The notes under the pieces are model-generated. The model was not told the origin of the DNA, did not search any database, and saw only the letters and a list, made by a program, of their open reading frames with translations. Of a stretch of DNA of 64,000 nt, positions 54,556-64,000 are shown piece after piece (position 1 is the stretch's first letter; the number at the start of each line of letters is the position of its first letter). Both the position numbers and the translations under genes were made by a program. This DNA comes from a virus, in IMG/VR virus record IMGVR_UViG_3300043571_000313, positions 1-64,000 of that record; one strand, 5' to 3'.

Positions 54556-54831
54556 TCAGGTGCCGGCGACGATGTGACACTCGGTCACGGCGCCCGGCGG
54601 GTTGTTGGCGGGATCCATAAAGGTATCCAGCTTTCGAATACTGTAGTAGGAATCGCCGCGAATGATGCGCGGCTGGAGAAGTTCACGGCCCGGCATCGCT
54701 GCATCGTCACGCCACGAGCGGAACGCCGAGCGCGAGATGCCGAGATAGGACGCAGCGGCTTCGACTCCGTAGAGGTAGCCGCGAAGCGCTTGCTTTCGAA
54801 TACGCCTGGGAGTTTTAATATCAGCGCTCAT
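54556..54831 (-). CDS. helix-turn-helix protein (Cro/excisionase-like)
   Basis: ATG 54831; EAAASYLGISRSAFRSW...Y...LD.F. Confidence 0.7.
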   Translation of the reverse strand: MSADIKTPRRIRKQALRGYLYGVEAAASYLGISRSAFRSWRDDAAMPGRELLQPRIIRGDSYYSIRKLDTFMDPANNPPGAVTECHIVAGT

Positions 54832-54907
54832 GGTGCGGCGGGAAATGGAGTAATATGGCAGAGGAAGGACCAACCCATGCCACCAGTGCAAGAAGAAAAC
54901 ACCGTAG

Positions 54908-54935
54908 TTGACTAATCATTTTAATATGTAAAAGC
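54908..54935. promoter_or_regulatory. divergent control region with TTGACT and an operator-like CATTTT-N7-AAAAGC
   Basis: AT-rich gap between divergent operons. Confidence 0.45.
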
Positions 54936-54955
54936 GGTGAGCTATCCCGCCGCGA

Positions 54956-55336
54956 ATGAGAAAGACTCCCTGGAAGCTATTGCACGATCATCCCCCTGCC
55001 TTGGTGCGTCTTTGCGCGCGTCGCAGGGTGCGAGGCAAGACCGTCAGGGCGCTCTCCCTTCAGGAAATCGCACTCGCCGCGGGGCTGCCGCTTGCCCGCG
55101 TGCAGGTGATTTCACAGTCCGTCGATTGGGAGGGTATCTCCATCCCTGAAGCCGAGCGGTTCGTCGCCGGCTGCGGCTTCGATCCGCTCAACGGGCAAGA
55201 CCGCAACCGCCAGTCAGCCTATCGCCGCGCATGCCAGAAGACACCGAGCAAGTTCGCGTTCCTGAAACGCAGTCCGTGGTGGACCACGGAGTTCCTTCCG
55301 CTGATCGAACGCCTTCGGTCCCGCAAGGTATCCTGA
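54956..55336 (+). CDS. putative DNA-binding protein (HTH-like)
   Basis: LSLQEIALAAGLPLARVQVIS; divergent from the Cro-like gene. Confidence 0.55.
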   Translation: MRKTPWKLLHDHPPALVRLCARRRVRGKTVRALSLQEIALAAGLPLARVQVISQSVDWEGISIPEAERFVAGCGFDPLNGQDRNRQSAYRRACQKTPSKFAFLKRSPWWTTEFLPLIERLRSRKVS

Positions 55337-55773
55337 AAAAAGCCGCCCCTCGACCCAGCCCATTTGACGTAAACCTACTGTGCAGGAAGGACACGAAGTT
55401 CCGCAAGCTGCAGGCGAGGGAAGCGCAGCTGGCCAACCGAAAGGTGCCGAGCCGCAGCCAAGTGAGCGCGGCGTGGGCGAAGGTGGTGAAAGCTTATTGG
55501 GACTGGGCGAACCTGGAGGTAGCGGAGCTCTACACGAAGCAGGACTTGGAGGAGGTAAGAGCGCAGATGCGGAAGCGGAAATTGTTTCTGCAGAAGACGG
55601 CGACGGCGAACCTGATTCACCGGCTCCGGCAAACCCTGGGCGGAAGGTTTCGGAAACTGGCCATTCCGACCGTCGCGCTCTCACCGATGCCCAAATCGTT
55701 CGGGCCCTCGAGCTCTGCAACTACGACTTCACCCTTGCCGGAAAAGTCCTCGGGACAACCGGCGAGCGGCTGA
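55231..55773 (+). CDS. basic hypothetical protein, overlapping both neighbours
   Basis: GC-rich third positions over about 55380-55680 favour this frame; start uncertain. Confidence 0.5.
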   Translation: MPEDTEQVRVPETQSVVDHGVPSADRTPSVPQGILKKAAPRPSPFDVNLLCRKDTKFRKLQAREAQLANRKVPSRSQVSAAWAKVVKAYWDWANLEVAELYTKQDLEEVRAQMRKRKLFLQKTATANLIHRLRQTLGGRFRKLAIPTVALSPMPKSFGPSSSATTTSPLPEKSSGQPASG

Positions 55774-56333
55774 GGATCCGCGCCAAGAAAAGCGCCAAGC
55801 TGGCCGCGCTACTCGACCGAACACCCGGCGCGCCGCCCGCCCCGACCGATATGGTTTACCGGAAGCCGCCGGCCGAGCCGCCGGTGATCGCCGAGAACAC
55901 GGCGCTTGGTGAGCAGCTGCTCAAGGTGAACCGCGAGATCCTGCGCAATGGCCTGGAGAAAGCCGGCATCCAGAAGTCGACCATTGAAAAGCTGCGCGCG
56001 TTCGACGGTTTTGCACCCAACGCTGGCGAGTTCCTGATCTCTGCTCTCGATCTGACCCACCGCTCGATGGTGTTCCTGTCCGTTCACCTCCTCGAAGAGG
56101 CCCAGCGCATCAAGACGGACTACCTCGACGACGAAACCCTCGAGCACGAATACAAGATTCAGTGGCAGAGCGCCTACAACGACATCGTTGAGCAGATCGG
56201 CAAGTGCTACGACCGCACTCTCACTGGCACGCAGGCGATGGCGAAGATGATCGGGACCGATCAGCCGGACAAAAAGAAGAAAAAGCCCGGGTTCAAAGAG
56301 CTGAAGCGGGTCGAACCTACCAAGAATGGTTAA
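55380..56333 (+). CDS. putative terminase small subunit-like protein
   Basis: HTH-like IVRALELCNYDFTLAGKVLG and helical body, directly upstream of terL; start uncertain. Confidence 0.45.
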   Translation: MQEGHEVPQAAGEGSAAGQPKGAEPQPSERGVGEGGESLLGLGEPGGSGALHEAGLGGGKSADAEAEIVSAEDGDGEPDSPAPANPGRKVSETGHSDRRALTDAQIVRALELCNYDFTLAGKVLGTTGERLRIRAKKSAKLAALLDRTPGAPPAPTDMVYRKPPAEPPVIAENTALGEQLLKVNREILRNGLEKAGIQKSTIEKLRAFDGFAPNAGEFLISALDLTHRSMVFLSVHLLEEAQRIKTDYLDDETLEHEYKIQWQSAYNDIVEQIGKCYDRTLTGTQAMAKMIGTDQPDKKKKKPGFKELKRVEPTKNG

Positions 56334-58026
56334 GTTACACCCCCAAGTATTCGAAGAGCTGGGCAAAAAGCTTCGCGAGGTTGAGCCACCGCCGCCCTCA
56401 AAGAAGAAACGCGGCCGCGCAAGCGATGATGACGGCTGGTCGCCACTACTGACCCCCAAGCAGCAGGAGGCATTCGATTCGCCGGCCCGGTACATCCTGG
56501 CCGATGGCGAAAAAGGGTCGGGGAAAACGATTGGCCTGCTGCACAAGATGGTGCGCCACTGCTACGAGAACGAGAACGCTCTCGGGCTGATTCTCGTGCG
56601 CGTGAAGTCCATGGCGACCAAGGGTGGCGCGTGGGACAAGTTGATCGGGCACATTCTGCCCAGGTGGAAGGAGGGTAACATCGAGCCTCCGTTCACCGAG
56701 CGCGGCGGAAAGCTGGTCCCGAACCCCAAGGCCGGGCAGCGCATCGATGAAGGACTCGGGCTGGAGTATTCAGACGTCAAGTACGACTCCCAGCACAACG
56801 AATATATCTGGGTGGAGAACCGCCACGGCGGCTGGTCGATGATCGTTTTGGTGTCCGCGCCGCACGCGAACCAGCTGCGTGACCGGATGCGCGGCTATGA
56901 GCCATCGATCGCACTCGTCGACGAGCTCACGTCCTGCGACTCCATCGAGTACCTGCGCGCCGTCGCCATCCAGATCGGCCGCCGCGAAGGCATCGAGGGT
57001 CCTCAGCAGTATATGGCGGCCTGCAATCCTGAAGGTCCGTCCCATTGGGTGCACAAAACATGGTTCGAAGAGGCTTACGACCCGGTCGCCGACCGATGGG
57101 ACCTAGATTACCACCGAATCCACGTCCCCGTCGCAGACAACCGGGTTAATCTGCCGGCCGGCTACATCGAAAACCTTGAGAAGCTCTACAAAAACGACCC
57201 AGTCGAAGCCGCACGCATGCTTCGCGGTGAGTGGATCGACCGCCCAAGCGGAGAAGCCCTGTTTCGTGACGTATTCGTGGCCGGAATTCACATTCGACCG
57301 CCCCTTCCGACCATAGAACGCATCTATCCCGAGCCAAACTTTCCCATCATCATCGGTATGGACCCCGGCTCGGTGAACAACGCCTTCATTTTCATGCAGT
57401 GGGTGCTGCATGAAGGCGCGATGCGTTGGGTGGTTTTCGACGAGATGGTCTATGTTCAGCGGCGCATTCCCTACCCGATCCTCGTGCCTGCATTTCTGCG
57501 CCGGCTCAAGTTTTGGAACGACTTCACCTTCGGTAGGAACGTCGATGGGCCACGGAAACGCTTCCCTGTGGTGTATTGCTCAGACAATTCGGCGTTCAAT
57601 CAATTCCGTGCCACTGGCGGAAGCTACGATGTTCTGGATTTCGAGAAGATCGCGAACGACCGGGCAGAAGGCCGCACCCCACTACATCAGCAGCTCGGCC
57701 TGGCGCGCATGAAGGTGGTTGCGGCACCAAAGTTTCAGGGTTCGGTGCGGGCGCGTACCCGCCTGGTTATGGATCTGCTTGGCTCAGAGAACCTGATCAT
57801 CTCTGCCGGGTGCCTGCATACGATCAACATGTTCAATAAGCTCGAGTCGGAGCCCCAAAAGCAGAACAGCCCATTCGATCCCGATCTTGCGATGACGCCA
57901 CGGCGCTCGATCCATGTCCACCCCTACGATGCGATGTGCAACCCAATCCTTACGTCGACGATCTCGCCGCAGCTGCTCACCCCACCCCCCGAGGGATCGC
58001 AAGAACTCTTTACCATCGGCTCTTGA
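56326..58026 (+). CDS. terL: terminase large subunit
   Basis: LTPKQ, GEKGSGKT (Walker A), VDEL (Walker B), ACNP.GP.HW, DN..NLP.GY, GEW, nuclease GMDPG and H.YDAM. Confidence 0.93.
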   Translation: MVKLHPQVFEELGKKLREVEPPPPSKKKRGRASDDDGWSPLLTPKQQEAFDSPARYILADGEKGSGKTIGLLHKMVRHCYENENALGLILVRVKSMATKGGAWDKLIGHILPRWKEGNIEPPFTERGGKLVPNPKAGQRIDEGLGLEYSDVKYDSQHNEYIWVENRHGGWSMIVLVSAPHANQLRDRMRGYEPSIALVDELTSCDSIEYLRAVAIQIGRREGIEGPQQYMAACNPEGPSHWVHKTWFEEAYDPVADRWDLDYHRIHVPVADNRVNLPAGYIENLEKLYKNDPVEAARMLRGEWIDRPSGEALFRDVFVAGIHIRPPLPTIERIYPEPNFPIIIGMDPGSVNNAFIFMQWVLHEGAMRWVVFDEMVYVQRRIPYPILVPAFLRRLKFWNDFTFGRNVDGPRKRFPVVYCSDNSAFNQFRATGGSYDVLDFEKIANDRAEGRTPLHQQLGLARMKVVAAPKFQGSVRARTRLVMDLLGSENLIISAGCLHTINMFNKLESEPQKQNSPFDPDLAMTPRRSIHVHPYDAMCNPILTSTISPQLLTPPPEGSQELFTIGS

Positions 58027-58050
58027 CTCTACATTTTGTTACACAAAAAG
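58023..58050 (+). promoter_or_regulatory. TTGACT plus operator-like CATTTT-N7-AAAAAG upstream of the portal operon
   Basis: Same TTGACT-N3-CATTTT arrangement as at 54908. Confidence 0.4.
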
Positions 58051-58070
58051 GCGGGCAACACCTCATCACC

Positions 58071-58358
58071 ATGGATTATCCGAAACCGCAGCGCCTCTCG
58101 ATCGACCTTGAGCGAAACGAAGACCTAGCCCGGATCGTCGCCGACGTGGAGCCGGGCGAAACCCTGCGCGCCACCCTCCTCGTTGTTCACACCTCTGACA
58201 AGACCCTCGAAGTCGAGGTGCAAGAGGTCGATGCGCCCGAAGGCGTCGAGGTTGAGGACGTCGAGGAAGTCGATGATGAGGGTGAGGATGAGGTTGAGAG
58301 TGCAGGCGGCGCCTACGATTCCCCGGCGATGAAAGTGATGCGTGGAAACAAAGGCTAA
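58071..58358 (+). CDS. small acidic protein
   Basis: ATG 58071; Glu/Asp-rich. Confidence 0.6.
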   Translation: MDYPKPQRLSIDLERNEDLARIVADVEPGETLRATLLVVHTSDKTLEVEVQEVDAPEGVEVEDVEEVDDEGEDEVESAGGAYDSPAMKVMRGNKG

Positions 58359-58845
58359 TTTTGGGCCAATCCTGCCCAACCGAAAATCGCGGTTCACCAC
58401 GCCGGCCAGCCTGCGGATCGACCTCCACTATGCCCGCATCGGAGTCATTGCACGCTGGGACTGGGAACGATTCACGCGCCTTGCTCTCTTCCTCAATTAC
58501 ACGCCCGAGGAAATGGCTTCGCTCATCTGCCTCCAGCACTCGCACCTCCATGGCATCCGCGAGCGAAACATTTTCCCAGGTCCAGCGGCGCTGCTGCTGA
58601 CCCTCGTCGAAGCGCAGGTGCTCAAGGGCATCTCCTACGACATCATCTCCAACCCGCTACCAAATGATTCACCGCAAAGTCCTCGAAAAGACGGGGTGCA
58701 CGACGGCCCGCCTGAAGCAGATCTTCACGGCAACGGAGGGGGCCGACCTGAAAATCAGGAAGCGGTTCGAGGACCGGATCATGTCCCGAATCACGGACGG
58801 GGTGCAGGCGGGATTGAAAGGGGCGCCGATCTGGCAGGCGGTTGA
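58342..58845 (+). CDS. hypothetical protein (HTH-like) overlapping the portal start
   Basis: FLNYTPEEMASLI...PGPAALLL; low-complexity tail overlaps the next gene. Confidence 0.5.
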   Translation: METKANFGPILPNRKSRFTTPASLRIDLHYARIGVIARWDWERFTRLALFLNYTPEEMASLICLQHSHLHGIRERNIFPGPAALLLTLVEAQVLKGISYDIISNPLPNDSPQSPRKDGVHDGPPEADLHGNGGGRPENQEAVRGPDHVPNHGRGAGGIERGADLAGG

Positions 58846-60952
58846 CATCGCATGGGACTCGACGCCCATCCAGAAGCAGACGATTCCGCTCCTGCTTTGG
58901 GCTCAAGGCAAGATCACCGATGGCGGTTTGGTTGAGCAGCTGAAAAAGTTGCAATGCGCAACGGAGTTTGTGCGCAACATCGAGGTGAAGGACTCGGAAG
59001 GGAAAGTCACAGGCAGCGAAATGAAGATCGACGTTCCGCGCCTCTACGAAATGTCGATCAACCTGATCCGATCGTACATCACCCGCCGGCTCGCGTCGCA
59101 GACTGCGCGTTTCTCAAATCTTTGGCCGTACTTCCGCTATGAGCCACGCGGCGTGGACCTAGTTTCCAAGCTGCGTGCCGATTCGCTGTCGGAGCGCATG
59201 GATGTGATGGCCAATCATTACAACTACCGGCATTTTTTCCCGCAGACGTTCCGGCATCAATTCCTCTATTCGCGGTCGGTCGTTTTCCCGCGTTGCGCAT
59301 GGGACCAGGTGAAGTCCTGGCGTGCGAAAGACATCACGCAGCCAGTGGACAAGCTCGAGCTCGAGTCTTACGTCGAGCGCGAGGGGATCGACTTTACCGC
59401 GCCCCATGTGTCTCGCGTTTTCTGGGACCGATCGGCGCCGTTGGCGAACATCAACACCGACACCGGCCCGAGCTACATCGGTTATTGGGACGTGGTCCCG
59501 TACCGCTCGATCAAGTCCGGCGAGTATTGGAACTGCGACGCCATCTCCGTTGGCTCTGAACTGACCGAATTGGTCGACCGATACAGCGGGTTCTTCACGC
59601 AGTATTTCGACCCCAAAATCCTGAAGTGGCCGGATCTAACGGCCGATCCAACGTCCACGAATGACCGTCGCCGCAATGTTGGGAAGTATGCTGCGGTCGA
59701 CGATGACAAGGGGTGCCTGCAGACTCAGTATTTCGAAAAGATTAACCCCAAGCACGAAAGCATCGCCGACCTCAATGTCGACGTGTGGGTGCGACTCGGC
59801 GTCGCTGGAGACAACACAGTAGTCGCAGGCGAGTTCCTGACTTCTCTCCCGGCGTGCTACGGCGGCCTTAACGAAAACGATGACCGTGAGATCAATGCGT
59901 CGATGGCGACGGAACTGATGTCGTTCCAAGACCAGCTGACCAACATTTTCAGCCAGATGCTCATGAACATCCGGGCTGGCATGCTGCAAATCTGGGCGAT
60001 CGACAAGGACGCGCTGGAGCCGGAAATGATCGAGTACGTGAAAAACACGCTGAAGTCGAAAGACTACTACGTGGAACCGAAGGCGTTCTTCTACTCGGGA
60101 GAGAAGCTGCGGAATCTCGGCGTTACGAACCCGACCGACAACGGCCGCGCGTTCCTGAGCATCATCCAGGCAAACATACAGACCACAATCGCCGAGTCGA
60201 TGAAGGCGGCGATGGCAGTCCTGCAGATGGCGGACAAGCTGCTAATGTTCTCGCCAAACGAATCGGCCCAGCCAAATCCCCGCGAGGTCGCAGCCCGCGA
60301 GATCACGGAAATCTCCACCTCGACCGACGCAATCAAGACGTTCGTGTCTGACGGCATCGACGAGCAGCGTGCCGCGATCAAAAGAATGTGCTACGAGTCG
60401 CTGGTCTGCGAGTCGAACGATACCATGAAGCTGCAGGTGATGGATCGCTACACCGCCGCAACGGTGCGCGAAGCTGGCTTCGAGGTGAAGGGTACGTGGC
60501 GGGATGGAGAGATCCTCCCGCTCAAGACGCCTATCTATGGACAGGTCCATAACCTTGTTTACGACTACTACTACGACTCGCGCGACGGCGGCGACCGGCC
60601 AGTGAACTCGCAGGGCGCGAACGTCATGGCGACACTGCTCGGCCAGTTCATGCAGGTCGAGTCGATCGCCAAGGCGTTCGGAAAAAAGCGCCTGTTTGAG
60701 TGGGCAAACGAGATCGCCCGCATGTCGGGGGCGCCGACCGATCTCAAGCTGGAGCTCGACGAAAACGAGCCCGAAAGCATTTCCACCGACAGCGAGCTCG
60801 CCGACCGAATCGCCAAGATAGAGGCGTTCCTTGGCGAGATTCAGAAGATGCTCTCTCCGCAGCCTGCGCAGCCCGCGCAGCCTGCGCAGCCCGCCGGCCC
60901 CCCGCCGGCCGATGGCACCGCCGCGCCCCCCGCCGCGCTCGCTGCTGCCTGA
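58664..60952 (+). CDS. putative portal protein
   Basis: 762 aa after terL; ELMSFQDQL, REVAAREI motif and Pro/Gln/Ala tail as in podovirus portals. Confidence 0.7.
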   Translation: MIHRKVLEKTGCTTARLKQIFTATEGADLKIRKRFEDRIMSRITDGVQAGLKGAPIWQAVDIAWDSTPIQKQTIPLLLWAQGKITDGGLVEQLKKLQCATEFVRNIEVKDSEGKVTGSEMKIDVPRLYEMSINLIRSYITRRLASQTARFSNLWPYFRYEPRGVDLVSKLRADSLSERMDVMANHYNYRHFFPQTFRHQFLYSRSVVFPRCAWDQVKSWRAKDITQPVDKLELESYVEREGIDFTAPHVSRVFWDRSAPLANINTDTGPSYIGYWDVVPYRSIKSGEYWNCDAISVGSELTELVDRYSGFFTQYFDPKILKWPDLTADPTSTNDRRRNVGKYAAVDDDKGCLQTQYFEKINPKHESIADLNVDVWVRLGVAGDNTVVAGEFLTSLPACYGGLNENDDREINASMATELMSFQDQLTNIFSQMLMNIRAGMLQIWAIDKDALEPEMIEYVKNTLKSKDYYVEPKAFFYSGEKLRNLGVTNPTDNGRAFLSIIQANIQTTIAESMKAAMAVLQMADKLLMFSPNESAQPNPREVAAREITEISTSTDAIKTFVSDGIDEQRAAIKRMCYESLVCESNDTMKLQVMDRYTAATVREAGFEVKGTWRDGEILPLKTPIYGQVHNLVYDYYYDSRDGGDRPVNSQGANVMATLLGQFMQVESIAKAFGKKRLFEWANEIARMSGAPTDLKLELDENEPESISTDSELADRIAKIEAFLGEIQKMLSPQPAQPAQPAQPAGPPPADGTAAPPAALAAA

Positions 60953-60958
60953 TAGTTT

Positions 60959-62368
60959 ATGTCCACCCCCGCCGACACCACCACGCCGCCGGCTTCCGCG
61001 CCGGCAGCTCCCGCAGGTAACGCAAGTCCTGCTGCCGAAGAAACCGATCCGACGCTACGGCTGCTGTTCGACGCCGCCGAGAGCGAGAAGCCAGATCCCA
61101 GCGCCAGCACCGACGTTCTCGTAGGCAAGTCGCTGATTCAGACTATTGACGAGCCGGCGGGAGAACCACCTCCTGCGCCGCCAAAGCCGGAAGACAAAAA
61201 GCCCGCAGCCGACGCGCCGCCGAAGCCGGAAGACAAGCCCATCAAGATTCGCCGCACGGCGAAGCAGGAGCCGCCTGCGCCGCCGCCCCCGCCGCCCGCA
61301 CCCAAGGATGAACCGAGGCCAAAGGAGAAGTCGGAGTACGAGAAATTCGAGGAGACGTTGATCGACGAAGAGCGCGACCAGCTTGATGTCGCCCGCTTTG
61401 CCGAGTCAAAAGATCCGGGCAAGTACAAGGGATTAGCCTCAAGGACACTGACGTTTCTCAAGGCGCATCAGGAATACCTTGAAAAGAATCCCCAAGCAAC
61501 GGAGCCGGACAGCGAAGCCGCCGAAAAGTATCAGGAGTGGCTCGGGAAGAACACCATCACATTGCCGCCGCGCGAAATGCGCATGCTCGAGCGCGAGATG
61601 ATCGCCGAGGTGACCCGCGAGAAGGTCGCGAAAGAGACTGACTCAAAGCTCAGTGAAATCCATGATGAGAATTTCAGGCGCGACAAGGAGCCTGAGATTC
61701 GGCGCGAGGTCGATGATTTCTTCAACAAGACCGCGCAAGCCGCGATCCCACCGGAGTTCGCTGCCATGGCACGCGAGAAGGGAATTGAGGAAGCGAAGAA
61801 AGCATTTCCCACCGAGTTCCGCGTCGCCTCCGAGGTGCTGACCGAGACGGCTGGCGAAGTCGAAGAATTCCGCCGGCTCACGACCATTAACCCGCGCACC
61901 GGCCGGCCGCTCGCCGCCTACGACCCGAACAGCCCGAAGCACGCCAAGATTGTTGCCTTCATCCGTGAGCAATGCGACTGGTTCAAAAATGGCGTACCTG
62001 GCGAGAATGAAGACCAGCGCACTGCGCGCGTCCGCGCTCAGAATCAGGGAGGCAAGCAATTCCTCACGCGCGACGAGTATTACTCGATGTCGATCGACCA
62101 GCGCGGCCCGTACTGGACGTTCACGCCCGAGCAGGTAGTCGCGATGCAAACCGAAGTCGCCAAGAGGCGGATCTCAGATCGGGTGAAGCAAGAATACTCG
62201 ATGCGCGAATCCGAGGGCTGGGTCCGTCGACCGGCTCAGTCGGCAGCTCCCGAGCAACGGCCGGCCGGCGCCCCGCCTGCCCCTCGTCCCTCACCCATGC
62301 CGGGCGGATCTCCTGCGCCCGAGCTACCTGATCGCACCTTCGAACTGCTCGTCGGCGGCGCGTTGTGA
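60959..62368 (+). CDS. putative scaffolding protein
   Basis: Pro-rich acidic disordered N-terminus and helical core, directly after the portal. Confidence 0.5.
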   Translation: MSTPADTTTPPASAPAAPAGNASPAAEETDPTLRLLFDAAESEKPDPSASTDVLVGKSLIQTIDEPAGEPPPAPPKPEDKKPAADAPPKPEDKPIKIRRTAKQEPPAPPPPPPAPKDEPRPKEKSEYEKFEETLIDEERDQLDVARFAESKDPGKYKGLASRTLTFLKAHQEYLEKNPQATEPDSEAAEKYQEWLGKNTITLPPREMRMLEREMIAEVTREKVAKETDSKLSEIHDENFRRDKEPEIRREVDDFFNKTAQAAIPPEFAAMAREKGIEEAKKAFPTEFRVASEVLTETAGEVEEFRRLTTINPRTGRPLAAYDPNSPKHAKIVAFIREQCDWFKNGVPGENEDQRTARVRAQNQGGKQFLTRDEYYSMSIDQRGPYWTFTPEQVVAMQTEVAKRRISDRVKQEYSMRESEGWVRRPAQSAAPEQRPAGAPPAPRPSPMPGGSPAPELPDRTFELLVGGAL

Positions 62369-63264
62369 TCCAGCGCATCCCATCGGTGATGGAGCAGGGC
62401 ATCAACGCCCGCTTCATCACCCATGCCGATTGTACGACCCGAAACTACAATTCAGGGATGGCAGTGGTTGGAGGCAAGACGTACCTCGCCACACGGTACT
62501 TCAACCGTGCGGCATGGCGCTGCGACATCGTCATCAATGAGCTTAACGGAATGGAGGCGAAGCCGGTTACTCAGCTCAAGCTGCCGCGCGCGCACGGGCG
62601 CGAGTGGCACGAGGATGCCCGCCTGTTTTGGCACGCAGGGAAACTTTACTGCGCCTACACCGAGGGCCAATACTGGATGCGGCCATGGGTGGCGGTGCAG
62701 AAGCTCGCCGTGCTGCGTGAAGACTGGAGCGTAGAGCGCGTCGTCACGATCGGCTTTGGTGAGAACAGCGTCGGCCAGGAGAAAAACTGGCAGTTCTTTT
62801 CGCACAATGGGCACCTCCACTTCGTCTATTCGATCGCACCGACTCATTGCGTTGTCGCGCTCGACGACGATTACATGGTCATTGGGGCGCACCAGACTGA
62901 AAGCGGGCTCAAGCTCCCGCTGCGCGGCGGAACCCCGCCGCGCAGGTTCGGTGATTGTTACTTCACCTTCCCTCACTTCCACGTTGAGCACGAGGGCCAC
63001 GCCCGCCGCTACGCATTCTCCGCGCTCACCTTCGAAGCGAAGCCACCGTTCCGAGTTGAGGGGGTGACGGAGCCGCTGATCTGGGGGAGCGAGCACGATG
63101 GCGTGATCCTTAACGCCGCGTACCCACACTGGAATCCGCTCGTCGTCTTTCCCTGCGGCGCCCTCCTCGACGGTGACACATGGATGGTCAGCGCTGGGGT
63201 GAACGACTCGTTCGATGCCCTCTTCTTCATCGACAATGACGACCTCAAATTCCTCTCCGCGTAA
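62365..63264 (+). CDS. GH130/GH43-like five-bladed beta-propeller glycosidase
   Basis: YNSG, EDARLF, EKNW.FF, LRGGTP, VVFPCG, GVND motifs. Confidence 0.75.
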   Translation: MIQRIPSVMEQGINARFITHADCTTRNYNSGMAVVGGKTYLATRYFNRAAWRCDIVINELNGMEAKPVTQLKLPRAHGREWHEDARLFWHAGKLYCAYTEGQYWMRPWVAVQKLAVLREDWSVERVVTIGFGENSVGQEKNWQFFSHNGHLHFVYSIAPTHCVVALDDDYMVIGAHQTESGLKLPLRGGTPPRRFGDCYFTFPHFHVEHEGHARRYAFSALTFEAKPPFRVEGVTEPLIWGSEHDGVILNAAYPHWNPLVVFPCGALLDGDTWMVSAGVNDSFDALFFIDNDDLKFLSA

Positions 63265-63934
63265 CGACTATGGAACGGTGCATCAGCTGCGCTTCCAGCT
63301 CAGTCTGGATTGGCTCGCGCCGCACCTCGGGCCAAAGGTGCGCTTGCTTGAGCTTGGCGGCACGTCGCCATTCTCAAGCATGATAATTCCGCGCGTCGGA
63401 GGCTATCACGGAGCGCCAGAAGACCTGCGCGGCAAGATCCAGCGGGAGGGCGAGCTTTATGACCTCGTGCTTTGCATGGAGGTGATCGAGCACATCGCCG
63501 ACACGGACGGCCTGCACACCGAATGGCAGGGCGACGGCGCGCGGAACATGCTGCGTGAGACATTCCGCGTGTTGAAGCCTGGTGGGCTGCTGTTCCTCAC
63601 GACGCCAAACGCCGCCAGCATTACAGCGATTCATCATGCACTGCAGCTGGGGCCACCAATGATCTACCGCCCTCACGTCCGCGAGTATGCACCGTATGAG
63701 CTCGATGTGCTGGTACGCGCCGCCGGCTTCGTGATTGAGCGCCGCGAGACGATCGACACCTGGCGAAATGCTATAACTCCACGTCGCCACACTGACATAA
63801 AAAACTTCATATACCAGGCAGGATTCCCGTCAGAATTGCGCGGCGAGGACATATTCCTGCTCGCCCGCAGGCCCATTTTAGAATCAGAGAAACCCCACGA
63901 TCCCATTTTAGAATCGGCGAAAGTAGGCCCATAA
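63236..63934 (+). CDS. class I SAM-dependent methyltransferase
   Basis: LELGG, YDLVLCMEVIEH, RVLKPGGLLFLTTPN, HVREY. Confidence 0.85.
   Translation: MTTSNSSPRNDYGTVHQLRFQLSLDWLAPHLGPKVRLLELGGTSPFSSMIIPRVGGYHGAPEDLRGKIQREGELYDLVLCMEVIEHIADTDGLHTEWQGDGARNMLRETFRVLKPGGLLFLTTPNAASITAIHHALQLGPPMIYRPHVREYAPYELDVLVRAAGFVIERRETIDTWRNAITPRRHTDIKNFIYQAGFPSELRGEDIFLLARRPILESEKPHDPILESAKVGP
63872..63915 (+). repeat. direct repeat CCCATTTTAGAATC x2 (30-bp period)
   Basis: Its CATTTTAGAATC core is identical to 12 bp of the 35660 palindrome. Confidence 0.7.
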
Positions 63935-64000
63935 ACGGCACTTCGCCACAAAATAGCCTAAATTCGCAGGATTCAGGCAGCGGCATGGCCCGGCGTGTTA

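Noticed and set aside
60860-60895. CAGCCTGCG-type tandem repeat as a separate element
   Set aside because: It simply encodes the QPA low-complexity tail of the portal.
1-64000. Prophage boundaries, host genes, tRNA or rRNA
   Set aside because: None recognised; phage genes flank the integrase on both sides.

Overview
The window is almost entirely one tailed dsDNA phage genome, probably podovirus-like. No host genes, rRNA, tRNA or CRISPR array were seen. The SSB and the DnaB-like N-terminus resemble Verrucomicrobia/Opitutaceae proteins, which is only an inference about the host. Layout: 1-24022 (+) lysis, tail and ejection genes, an SSB and a 3064-aa giant virion protein; 24024-42749 (-) a tyrosine recombinase, an array of three integron attC-like sites, a DarB-like methyltransferase-helicase, a C5 methyltransferase, a PAPS-reductase-like gene and many small early genes; 43250-43790 a non-coding region dense in inverted repeats (candidate origin or terminus); 43980-45612 (+) small genes; 45464-54831 (-) replication and recombination genes; 54956-63934 (+) terminase, portal, scaffold-like, glycosidase-like and methyltransferase genes. 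The most striking signal is at 25161-25871. Three attC-like hairpins carry genes on the opposite strand to ordinary cassettes. All three loops hold a stop codon, two also hold the next start codon, and the crossover triplet is always read in frame as Asn. Cassette gain, loss or shuffling would therefore keep the phage operon translatable. Annotations come from reading motifs by eye; no database search was run.
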